Shown here: positions 40,105-51,587 of the stretch, piece by piece | How positions within the stretch are numbered: the first letter of the stretch is position 1 | Layout of the letters: each line of letters starts with the position of its first letter | Assembly: GCF_037042905.1 (NCBI RefSeq) | Contig: NC_087247.1 | Location: forward strand, 20,026,001 to 20,090,000 | DNA from: Lytechinus pictus | Taxonomy: Eukaryota | Length of the DNA: 64,000 nt | Direction: 5' to 3' | Position numbers and translations under genes: made by a program | Notes under the pieces: model-generated | What the model saw: only the letters and a program-made list of their open reading frames with translations | The model's database searches: none | What the model was told of the DNA's origin: nothing

Positions 40105-40670
40105 TACAAATACCCAATTTAAGAAAAAATAACTCATGAACGCATAATCATTTATGGCTGGAAAGTCTATTTTTCTCCAAAATATTTTGATGCCATGTGA
40201 TATGCCTTCACGCTTGGATAATTATTTGCAGTGATGTAAATTTTGATTTGCGCTAAAGTAAGGCATGACTGCGATGAATGAATCCAGATGCCAATGATGT
40301 CATAATCCTACATGAGTTAGTAAACATATTTGCAAATCTCTTCTCAATGATATTATCTTGAGAACTGATAATAAAAAGTGTTTATTGAACAATTATGATG
40401 TAAATTATTGAAAAGGTGTTTTGAAATGGATTTTAATGCAATCCTTGTAGAATAATGACATCTTTGACATCTGGTTTCATTGATTGCAGTCATGCTTTAC
40501 TTTTGAGCAAACCGAAATTTACATCACTGCAAATAATACCTCCTGACCATTCAAGCATTAACACATACCACATAAATATGGTATCAAAATATTTGGGAGA
40601 ACATACTCGTTCAGGCCATATATAAAGAAGTATGTGTACATGACACATTTTCGCTTAATTTCAGGAATTG
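40105..40670. mobile_element. Foldback/MITE with ~250-bp inverted arms
   Basis: For example ATTATTTGCAGTGATGTAAATTT (~40221) pairs with AAATTTACATCACTGCAAATAAT (~40515), and GCATGACTGC pairs with GCAGTCATGC; termini are eroded. Confidence 0.8.
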
Positions 40671-43600
40671 TGAGGTGTTGATTTGGTTTTTTTACTTACA
40701 CGGTAGTTTGTCCAGGATGTGGATTATCGATGTGGGATTTTCTTTTTTTTTGTAAGTGAAAGCTATTTTAATTTTGTGACTGACGAGGTATAAGCCCTCC
40801 ATAAAAGAAAAACGTGTAGTGTCTCCATCAAATCAACAATGCAGCCTTTCAAGCAACAGTAAAAGTACCAAATTATTATCCTTTATTACTCCCCAAAGAA
40901 CATTTCCGTTTGCAAATAGCATATTTGTAAATTCAAGCATGAATATCTTATCTTATTAACATTAGAGAAGCCCTTACATATTTTGGAAAAGTTTTTTTTT
41001 TATTCTCTGCATATGTATATTCTAGGTCTTAACCATTTTTTTTCATAATGTTAAGCATTATGAATATTTTTATGTCATTTCATACATTACAAATATCCCA
41101 GAAATAAATGTATTAAAAACTATAATCACTGAAGTTTTTTTAGTGCCATCGTATAATAAACAACTAAAGGTATATAAAGTTATGTATAGAAATATGAGGA
41201 GACACAGGAAAACTGCCCACAGTTATGACAGCGAACCGCTCTGATTCAGTCTATATAACAACACCATGATGTATAGAATCAAGTTATTTTGAGAGTGAGA
41301 ATGAAGAATGAAAATTGAAATCAATGGCTGATATTGACTAGCCTGGGGAGGCCCCTTCGATAATGTCTTGTCATCAATCAAATGAAACACGATGTCTTCC
41401 GTGCGTGTATCCTGAAAGTTATATAGTTCTGCTTTCTACTGAACTTTTCCGTCATAAATCAAAGCTTACCGAGAATAAAGAAAACGAAGGAATGTATAAT
41501 GTTAATCCGTGAATTGGGTAATTACTGATCGAAATGATTTATGGAAAATCCTTAAATATGCTGACTATATAGTGTTTTTCAATCCAATGCATATCTGTCT
41601 CTTTGGGTGTGTCTCTCTACATATTTAAGAAAACACTTTAAAGATTTCAAAAGACTTACAGACGATTATTTCCAATTTTTGGATACAAACAATGACTTGT
41701 GTTTATTCCTTATATTCAGTCAATGAACTGATAATCCTTCTAAAAAGAAAGGAATTGTTAAAAATGGACTTGTCGAAATAGATCAAAGTCCCCCTTTTGT
41801 TTTTGGTTTGTCAGAAAATTTGAGTAACGGGTAACGACCTGTTTTCTTTCAGTCCCTCTCTTTTTCCTTTATTTTTTATTTTGGGGGGGGGAGTGTCTCG
41901 TCCGAAAGGGTTGCCAACCCCTGACAAGGTATGCCATGTTTGTTACAGATCCTATGATTGTGAGATCACTATTTTAGTTAAACTTATATGTTCATTCTCA
42001 CTATACGATTAGAGAACCTGAGTGAACCCCCGAATATGAAACTATTATCATGATTATTAAACAAATAGAGGAGAGAACGAGGTTTGACAAGCGTATTGTG
42101 AAATCCAAAGACAAATTTATTTTTAAACTTAAAGAGAGGTGACAATTGCCTGTATATCAGCTGCACATTCAGTTATTGTTTTATGACATAATTAGCGACG
42201 AGGAAAGGGAATCTACCATGATTTACCATGAGTGAGCTATAAATTTTTAAGGGTATCTATTTATATTCCCTTGATTCTTTCATGAGCCGATGAGTGTAGA
42301 CGCCCGATTAATCCTCGGGAGACCAAGGGGTCTTAGAACAGTTGAATGTTGAGGGAAAATTGTAGATTAATCTGATCCGAGACACAGACGCATGATCCGA
42401 AGTAAATTACCTCTCGCATGATGTCCTGTACTCACAGAAATTCGAAAATCCATCCCTCGATTAAATCCGTTATCATGGTTGCTATATAAAGTCTTATTTC
42501 CCCAAAGATTAGTAACAAAATTTAAGTCACAATCTAGGAATTATTAAGGTCTTTGGAGAATGCAAAGTCTATAAATCGGCAGTCACTGGGGTTTATGTAT
42601 GTATAATAAAAAATATATGTATAATGTCATTTGCATGGTATTTTTTTATTCACCCCTTTTCAAGTTTTATTAACTTTTACCATACAATATTGTCTTTTGC
42701 GTGTACAGAAATTCTACACAAGATAAATATTCTATCGATTACTACCGAATTGGTGAGCATTATTTTCTTAAATGAGGCCGCTTCACGACTGAAAAGATAA
42801 ATGATAAATGTATAGGACACGATTGCAATTATGAGAGAAAAGAAGAAGGCCTTTTATATTATGATGGCCATCAAGAATTTAAAGAAAAACCATACAAAAT
42901 AGAGACAAGAAATTGCAAAAACAGAATCTTACTTGGATTGCGAAGTTCTATGCGATATTGTTTTCGTTAGATTTGCAGTGCGAATTGCTGCAAGGCGTAA
43001 AGATGCACTAAAATGAACGTTTTTCCGATTTGGTAACGTGATACCACAGTCATTGAAATGGCAAATTTTCCACTACTCCAGAAAACTAAGCCATTAGGAT
43101 TTCAGCCTCCTCTTTGTAAGTTTTACATCTTGGATTTGATAATGTATGGTATCTTTGAAAGACAAATATGGCCTTGAATGGATCTTATTTGGAAGACACC
43201 TTGTACGGTGTACGCCTACATCTGGTAGAATAATAGAAAGATTGATCCGCCATTGAAACAGATATTCTAGGAAGCAAGGAAAACGGACTAGAAAAAAAAA
43301 ATGAACGTGTAATTCTATATCCGTATTATTTTCTGAAAGGCTGTCCCAAAATGTTTCATGCATTCAGATAATAGAAAATCAATATACAATGACTTTTGAT
43401 ACGGTGAAAATGTTGTTTTTTAACTGTATAATTGATTTTTTAAATCCTTATGCAAATTTCTCTCTAATTAAATATCGCAAAAAGAACGATGTGACCCAGT
43501 CCCATCATTGTGGAGAAATTGATTTAATAAGACATGATTCAGGAGTTTAGCTTGGCTTGGTTATGTTCTTGCGTGAAATGTTTTTAATATAAACCGGTGA

Positions 43601-43689
43601 AAAGTTTGGGAAAGGAAAGTTTGAATTAAAGGGGGAAAAATAGCTGCAATAAAAATAATCACGGAAGAAAGATCCTGAAAAAAAAACAT

Positions 43690-43998
43690 CAAGGAGAAGG
43701 AAAAGGAGGAGGAGTAGAAAAAGAAAAGAAGAGAAAGAAGAAGAAAAAGAAGAGGAAGGGTAAGAAGAAGAAGACAAAGAAGAAGAAGAAGAAAAAGAAG
43801 AAGGGTAAGAAGAAGAAGAAATAGAAGAAGGTAAGAAGAAGAAAAAGAAGAATAAAGAGAATGTAAACGGAGAAAAAAGAAGAGGAGAAAGAGGAAGAAG
43901 AGGAAGAACAACAACAACAATAAGAACTAGAACAAGAAAAAAAAAGAAGACGAAGCAGAAGAAGAAGACGGTAATGATGATGAAGAGTAGAAAGAAAA
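43690..43998. repeat. (GAA)n-rich polypurine tract
   Basis: Direct reading; source of the Leu/Phe/Ser-rich minus-strand ORFs. Confidence 0.95.
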
Positions 43999-44499
43999 GA
44001 TCATTATTAGATTTATGGTTTTATAAATGTGACGGTAAAAATGAAAGAGCACAAGAGCACTACGCTTCCTGGATGATAATCATCGAACCTAGTCCCTAGA
44101 CATTGTATGATGACGGGTATTGATGGACTTTGAGGCTTGCTATAACCAATCGAGGCAATTTGGGGGAGTCTTTTCCATTTCAAAACAACAAAATGTGAGG
44201 AAATATGAGATGCATCTAGCAGGCGACAATGACAGTTTCGATCAGGCTTGAGGCATTTATCTGTCATAAAGATGATGAGCCGTTAAGGTTTTATACAAAC
44301 TTTATAAAGCTCTATGGTGATGCTGATTAAGGAGGAGTCTACGAAGGGATGGAGTGGTAGGGAGTAAATAAAGGGTGAAAAGCATATGAGCTGTGAAAAT
44401 AGAATTCAGAAATAAAAATCTAATGCTTGATAGAGACCATATACTTCATGATAACGGCATGGACCTACGATTACGGTAACCATTTAGAATTTTAAAAAT

Positions 44500-44970
44500 G
44501 ACTGGGCGTTGAGGTGTGCGCCTGTAATCCAAGCTTCATGGGGAAGTATAATGTGGAGGATCGTGGGTTGGAGCCCCGATCATGTCCTTGGGATGATGAC
44601 GGTAAAAGTCAGACCCAGGAATAAATAATCATATCCAATTGATACACAGTGGCATACAGAGAGGGCGGGCTTTCCGGGCTCCCCCCACATTTTTCACGGC
44701 CGAGAAAAAAAAAGGAGAAAAGGAAAGAAAGGGAAATAGAGAATGGTGAAACATGGTATTATTTTCTGTATATTATGTCAAGATTTATCACAAATTTTGA
44801 TTTTGTAATAAAAATGTCGATTTTATTTTCGCTCGCTTTATTCGTTTGCAACTTTTTATTACAATTTTCTTGATACCCAATACCTGGCTCCTTCAAAATT
44901 GTTGGCTCAGTACGCCACTGTTGATACACGTCTGTAAAACTCAATCACACACACGCACACCCACACACAC
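44500..44970 (+). mobile_element. Chimeric SINE: 7SL(Alu-domain)-like head + B-box-like motif + MetaSINE-like core + (CA)n tail, interrupted by a hAT MITE
   Basis: GACTGGGCGTTGAGGTGTGCGCCTGTAATCCAAGCT..GGGGA..TGGAGGATCG resembles the 7SL 5' end; GGTTGGAGCCC (~44566-76); CCTTGGGATGATGACGGTAAAAGTCAGACCC (44586-616); sequence resumes after 44928 and ends in CA repeats. Confidence 0.65.
44647..44920. mobile_element. hAT MITE with perfect 8-bp target duplication
   Basis: TTGATACA(44639-46)|CAGTGGCATAC ... GTACGCCACTG|TTGATACA(44921-28). Confidence 0.92.
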
Positions 44971-46076
44971 GTTTCAGAAAATTTCCAACGCAGTAAACAG
45001 AAACCAGGGACAATGCAACAGGTTAATTACACTATATGATAAAATATCAACGATGATTTCTTGACGAGTTGTTATTCTGAAATTCTATGAATATGATTCT
45101 CTGACACGCTCAAAACTATAGCTAATTTTTCACTCCGCAACAATATTTTTACATTTTATTCAAACCATTCGCCATGATTAAAACGTGTAAATATGATTTT
45201 GGGCGAGTTTATGTAACTTTAGCAATTTGACGTTTTTTGATAATCTTATGAAGATGTGAACATGTTGTTTGTTTTTACTTTAAATTTGGTTTACAGTAAG
45301 TTCCTGAATTGATCGTGGGGGCGCTACAACTGTTTTGAGGAACATAGCAAGACGTTTGAATAACAGATGACATCCTTATTTCTTATGGCACATTTAGTAA
45401 CGAAATCATAGTGTACAATATCAATCTTAATTTCATGTAGTATCTGAAAAAAACTGAAAGTCATAAAGAATCTCAAAGCAAAAAAAAAGGAAGAAAAAGA
45501 TGGGGGAAAAAACCTATCAAAAAGGGATATAACTTTTGAATTCAGTTGTAATTCATGCATGCATAATTGGCTTCTGTTGCCAAAATGGAAGTATTTTTGT
45601 CATTAAGATAAAAATAATAAGACAGTAAATGTAGAAAAATAAATGTTAGACACATGTGTCGCCATTACTAGTCTCCAGTAAACATATCTGCAGTTATTTT
45701 ATTTTTCTATCCATGAAAGCTTTTATGTTACACTCCGTCATGCAGTGTCTTCCTATTTCATAAAGATAGAACCTGGAAATTCTATGCTTTCGATTTCCGT
45801 CGGATAGATTTGATTTACAATGATTGAAATATCATTATTCAAACTGCAGAAAGAGGTGTGTTAGGAGACTTATGAATAATTGAAAGGATATCGTCAAAAT
45901 CGAGAGGAAGAATATATGATTACTATTCGTTGTAAAATATTCGTCTATAACTCACAGTATGCATCTCAACTCTCGTCTATACTTTGCCAGTATAAGAAGA
46001 AAATGGGGCAAACAGTCAACTCTATTTGGTCTAGGATATTGGCCTATTACGTAATAGAAGAATAACATGCAACGTA

Positions 46077-46261
46077 CACTGAGTGAAATTTTACCCATTA
46101 TTGGGTAGTAAGGGAACATGCATGTTGGCTGGGTATTTTTTTTCCATCCCATATTGGACTATTTCCATGCAACACTGCGAAAGATTTACAAAATTTTGGG
46201 CATCATTTTACCCAACATGCCTGTTCCCAAGTTACCCAATATTGGGTAAACTTTTTTAGTG
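46077..46261. mobile_element. CACT/TA MITE, reverse relative of 787-1011
   Basis: CACTGAGTGAAATTTTACCCATTATTGGG...GAACATGCATGTTGGCTGGGT matches the reverse complement of ~940-1000; TA on both sides. Confidence 0.8.
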
Positions 46262-46739
46262 TAGTAGTAGCGTTTCTTTTTAATCAATAGCGTATTTTAG
46301 AAGTTCAGAATCTAATGAAAATGCCCGTCAAATCACAATGGACAGATAAGAGGTCATTGTCGAAAGTTGGTGGACCGGAAAAATACATCGGACAAAAAAA
46401 TCGCAAATTTGCCGTTTGTCCAGAGTCCAGGACGACACTGCTGTTTTGATCAATCGATTTTCGACAAAGGCTGATTTGTTATTATGATGGGCTTTTGACA
46501 AAAGATTCTCTACGTTTTAGAAAACGTCTACGAAGTGATTGCTAAAAATGCCTTAATGCTCTTTTTTACGACTTCATGCTTTGATGCTTTAGATGTTTTG
46601 CAATGATATCAAATAAGTCTTGCCTAAGGGCCTGTCTTATATACACTGCCGTCTTACCTTCGTCCTTACGTGGTGTAAAGTCACCGCAAATTAATTCAAA
46701 CCAGTCTCAAATTGAAAAATATTTGCACTGTCTGCCAAC

Positions 46740-47152
46740 GCGAGCTGTAAACCAGTCGATGAACAAATTAAAGAAAGTACACATTTATTATTTCGAATGT
46801 TCGAATACTTCAAAGGTTCGTTATTCCGAAACACACAGATTGCATTTACCATGATGTTCATAAATCTGGAAAGAAAAAAGGTTTGATACTACACAAATGA
46901 ATTCATTTTCATACCTTCGGAAAAACGAACTTCATTTCGTTTCCGGAGCAATCAACCTTTGGAAAAGCGATACGTATGATTTTTTTCAGATTAACTAACG
47001 AACCTTCGAATTATTGGAACTTCAGAATTACAAACCTTATTCCGTATTCAGATAACAACCATCCAAGAGATTAAGAAAACATTTGGACAAAAAAAAACAT
47101 TAGGAATATCGTACCTTTGGAGTTCAACTTTTGAAACAACGAGCTGTAACCG
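46740..47152. repeat. Decayed element with short AACCTTCGGAAT / ATTCCGAA motifs
   Basis: Recurrent CGAACCTTCG, ACCTTCGG and TATTCCG motifs; bounded on both sides by CGAGCTGTAA. Confidence 0.5.
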
Positions 47153-47234
47153 AACATCCCATGTTTCAGAGACTGTACTTATTGTATCGTTATAGAATGC
47201 AGTATGTGACAGGGCGTTTTTATGAAAAATACTA

Positions 47235-47378
47235 GGTCGCGTTTCATAAAGACTTCTTATAATACCAAATGCACAGTTTCTATAACAAAGTTACTATCAA
47301 CTAATCAGATTGAAAGACTTCATTAGCTTTAACTATTGTCGTAAATTTGTTACTATAACAAGTTTTATGAAACGGACC
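47235..47378. mobile_element. Harbinger-like MITE
   Basis: GGTCGCGTTTCATAAAGACTT ... AAGTTTTATGAAACGGACC followed by CTG. Confidence 0.7.
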
Positions 47379-48212
47379 CTGGTCTGCTGAGGGCGCCACG
47401 TATAGCCACAAGAAGGCTACTCTCGTTTGAAATTGGAAACAAAGATAGCCACAGTTCATAGCAAACTCTCTTCTTAATGTAGCAGGAATTTTCCAAGAAA
47501 TCTCTCTCTCATACATGCAACCTTCGAGGCATGCATTGTGTATGCTAGGATTACACCATTCATTTGTGGTTTTCTTTGCATAATTGAAAAAAGGTTGACT
47601 TAATCATGAAAGTAGAACCACTAAAAGCCAGTATCATCGAAGCTATAATGTTTTTTTTATTCGTTATGTGTTTACATCTTGCGAAATTCGCTGCAAACCC
47701 AGGAATGGCGAGGATCATCATTCCCATTATATTCATCCCTGAATAATTGATGAAGGATAAGGAAAAAATGGTTTGGTGAATCCAACAAAGGTGTTACCAC
47801 TCCTTCAGGGGAGTAGGGTCCCTATTAATGGCATTAATATCCCTTAGTGTATTATACTGAAACAGTAATTTTGATGTTAGATCTGAAGGGAAACCTTCTG
47901 TAGATAAGGGAGATTGCTATACAATGGTTAATTGGAACTCCACTTTTGCCATGATTATTTACAGTATAATCAGACTTTTTAGACAAAGTTCCATTTAAAA
48001 GATAGACAACAAATCTCTAAAGGCTTCAGGAGAGGTTTGAATGCTGGATATTTTGGTTTGTATGCTGAGATATACGCGTATTAAAATCCAATCTTAAATT
48101 GCCTTAGATATTGCACTCTTATATACCAATCTTCCACTATCTCAAATCGAGGGGAGCTCTTATTTACATTGTTAACATTGTGTCCATTTGTGGTATTTTA
48201 ACACTAACTGCA

Positions 48213-48441
48213 CTGGGGGCATGCAATATGTCTTTTTAAGGTTATTGTTAGCAAGTAGACAAGACTTGTTTAGGGGTCATATTCTGGCGACAACTTGTTT
48301 AGGGGCCAAAATGTGTAAATGAAGCCCGCGAAAAACTTGTTTAGGTGGGTATTTTGCACACATAGAAAAACGTGTTTAGGGGGTGTTTGGAAATAATTTG
48401 ATCACGCTTGTGTACAGCAATACATATGACTGACCCCCGGG
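48213..48441. mobile_element. MITE with GGGGG...CCCCCGGG ends and internal ACTTGTTTAGGGG repeats
   Basis: Four copies of (A)C(T/G)TGTTTAGG; termini GGGGGCATGCAATATG and CATATGACTGACCCCCGGG. Confidence 0.6.
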
Positions 48442-49146
48442 CTTGGATGCTAATTCAGCGACATAGAAACACAATTTTATTAGAAGAAAGGGTACCAGTC
48501 GTCGCGTAGCTCAACGAACAACTATGAAAAGGCCTCCCAGGAATTCGCGTTGAAACCGCACCCCTTCCAGCATTATTTTGACAACCGGAATTAGACTTGA
48601 AATCGCGCTCTTTTTCAACCTTATACACCAATAGCTTCTTTGCTTGCTCTTGAGATTAAACTATCGAGGGTTTATATCGTTTATTTTTCGCCATTTTGCT
48701 CACTTGGCTCTTTTACACTCCGTTAAAGCGATGCCCATGGGTCGCGTACCCTCTTGACCCCCCCCCCCCCGGGCGCGGATCTAGCCTGATAAGACACAGT
48801 AGTTTTGAGAGACAGACTATAGTGCAATATCAATATGGCCTCTAAAATGATACTGTCTAATCCGGCGCTGATTGAAACTTTGATGAACAAGTGGATTTTC
48901 ACAAAAGACTAGCCCAAATACCTTCTGTACACAAGTCAGTGGCAGGGACTTTAGGGGCTGTATATTTAGGCCTTTCCAATAACTCGAGTATCAGGGTTAG
49001 TTTATAGCAAACTAGACCAGCCCACAAATTCAAATTGAACTAGAATTATGAGGATCAATCTTTAACATCACCTTCTGAAAGACCACGACCTATGGCCATG
49101 ATAACGGAGCTTTTAACCACGAACTTGTTTCTGAATCAGTCTTGTA

Positions 49147-49550
49147 CGGAGCCCCTGAGGTGACATGACGTTTTTTTCCTACATATACTCGTTCCTTCGA
49201 CTTATATCCCGACTTAATAACCCTTTCCCATGACTTACACAGTTGTAGTTGTGGGAACAGGTTATGTAAGTCGATAGAACAGGTTATTATATAAGTAGAA
49301 GGAACGAGTTATATAAGCCGATGGATCGAGTAATATAAGTCAACATCGAGAAAACGGGTTATCATATAAGTAGAAAGAATGATTTATAAGTTGAGGGGAC
49401 GAGTTATATAAGTCGAGGAAACGGTTTATTATATAAGTCCAAGAAACGTATAAAGTCGAGGAAACAAGTTATTTTAAGACGATCGAGTTAGTATTAGCTC
49501 GTAGGAACGAGTTGGGAAAGAAATAAATATCAAATCACCTTACTGGTTCT
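49147..49550. mobile_element. MITE with internal ~21-bp tandem repeats
   Basis: Starts TA|CGGAGCCCCTGAGGTGACATG; about a dozen degenerate TATAAGTCGAGGGAACGAGTTA units, inverted on the left arm. Confidence 0.7.
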
Positions 49551-50927
49551 GGAGTTGTGTAACTTTTACAATACAGTTGGATTGCAGGAGAATGTCTCAA
49601 CGCCTAGTTATGACAATGATTTAGTTTCTTTCCACTGTGTTTATGAATAATACATCCATCTCCAGACTGGATTTAAGGAATACTTTGAATGTCAGGAAAT
49701 GCAGGATAGATAGAGATTACTGGGCGTGGGGACTAATTCAGAGAGAGGGAGAGAGAGGGAGAGAGGAGGAGGAGAGAATAAAAAGAGGAAAGGCAAAGTG
49801 AGCTTCTTATGGCAATTTGCTGATTGTATAATAAGCACCTTCAACATCTTCTATTCTATTGAAATGCAATTGATGAATAATATAAAATTGGCATTTACAC
49901 AACATCTCCGTGGGTAGATCCTTTAATGCCTCGTGACCTGGAGATAATGTACCTTCGCGACATATCCTGTACATATCATATATGCATACGCTATGTGTTC
50001 TCCCTTAATAATCATTTCTCATCATTTTGTTGTCAATTTGACTTTTTCCACAGTGGTATGGTAATAACCACATCTATTGGTGAAGTTTAAAACTAAAATT
50101 AGTTACTCTGTGTTGATTTTGAATATGCAACGCCCATCAAGCATTGTTAGTATTGATAGCCAGAATGGGATATCCGTTAAAGCAAAATATATTATCCAAG
50201 CCAAAGTTCCACCTTCACCCCCCCCCCCCAAAAAAAGACACTATTTTGACCAGTCTTCATTACCTTTAACATTTGAAAACTGTTATTCGCAAAGGGCCTG
50301 ACCTCTTTTATGAAGAATAATCGATTTTTGTGATTGCCTTTTCAAGTACCTCTCTAACGCGCATGGGAACGTGAAAGCAATAATAAAAACCTTGATAGTT
50401 TATGGTTACAGTTCATCTTAAATGCAGTAATAGTAAAACTTTACTATCTAAAGAATCAGATTATGGATGTAATTTGACTAGATTCCCGTCATCCCCTCAT
50501 GAAACAAAGAGAAGATGACTATGACCTTTTACCTCGATATATTATCCTGATGAATACATGGAGAAACGATGGGAAATTAGGGAGGGAGAAAAATATTCAT
50601 TGAATGGAAACAATGGTTATATGAAAGAAATAAATTCATCAAAGAAAACATTCATCGACAAAAGGATTTCTACCAAGTTCAGCTTCCTTGATCATAATTT
50701 TCACGTTCTTATACTGCAAAATGCAAGTTTATCTAATAATGATAATGCTTTAAACCATTTAAAACCAGGAAAATGTTTGGGTTCATACATGTATAGATAA
50801 ATTGCCAGAGAAGATGAATAGATCTAACAGACTGCGTTAATTTTGTTAAATTCATAATCATGGGGGTGTATTTAAAAAACAGTCTTCATCATGTTTGTGT
50901 CTATGAATGTTCTCAATTGTTCAGGTA

Positions 50928-51587
50928 AATAGACACGGCATTAGCGATGTTGTGTCTCGCCCACTTGTGAAAATGACCAGAAATATCGCGATTTACAAGG
51001 GCACGCAACAGAATTGTATCAAAAGTTCACTGTGAAATAACTGGGATGGAATAAAATTTGTCGTAAGGGTCTTAAACTTTGATGTTAACCTCAAAATGAC
51101 CCTTGACCTTACCATGTGACCTCCGAACAATGCAGGTCTCCTAAGACCTGCTAAGTACAGCTACAACCCAAGTTTGATTTGAAATTGACTTGCAGATGCG
51201 GAGTTATGTGTCATAAGAGAGTCTTGCATGTAAACTTAACGTTGACCTGAAAATGACCCTTGACCTTACCATGTGACCTCCGACTGCAGCATAACATGCA
51301 GGTCCATTAACTACATCTACAATCTTAGTTTGGTTGAAAAGAGACTTACGGTTGCAGAGTTATGTCATAAGAGAGTCTTGCATGTAATCTGTAACGTTGA
51401 CCTGAAAATGACCTTTGACCTTACCATGTGACCTCCGACTGCAGCATAACATGCAGGTCCCCTAACTTACATCTACCATCCAAGTTTGGTTGAAAAGTGA
51501 CTAACGGTTGCGGAGTTATGTGTCATAATGTTTGTGACGGACGGACGACGGACGACATTAGGATCAACTCTGGTGGGCGAGACAACA
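50928..51587 (-). mobile_element. Non-autonomous Helentron-like (pearl/Tsp-type) element with three ~156-bp tandem units
   Basis: subTIR GTCTCGCCCAC (50954-64) and GTGGGCGAGAC (51573-83); terminal hairpin AGACACGGCAT...ATGTTGTGTCT; (GACG)n at ~51536-55; units start at ~51083, 51241 and 51396. Confidence 0.85.

Noticed and set aside
40620-40637. TAAAGAAGTATGT matches the 3' part of miR-1
   Set aside because: The seed TGGAATG is absent and the match lies in the arm of a fold-back element.
43547-43920. Hydrophobic 'membrane protein' ORFs
   Set aside because: These are translations of the (TTC)n strand of the GAA microsatellite.
44500-44580. Functional 7SL RNA gene or human Alu contamination
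   Set aside because: Similarity ends after ~65-75 nt, with no S domain, no dimer and no poly(A); it is interrupted by a MITE family present elsewhere in this window, so it is native.
47950-48060. DFLDKVPFKR resembling CR1 'AFDKVPHKR'; also LGAVY-RP at ~48950
   Set aside because: Too short and too degenerate to call without a profile search.
49250-49515. Regular ~21-bp repeats that look superficially like CRISPR
   Set aside because: The repeats are tandem and degenerate with no unique spacers, no cas genes, a eukaryotic context, and they sit inside a MITE.
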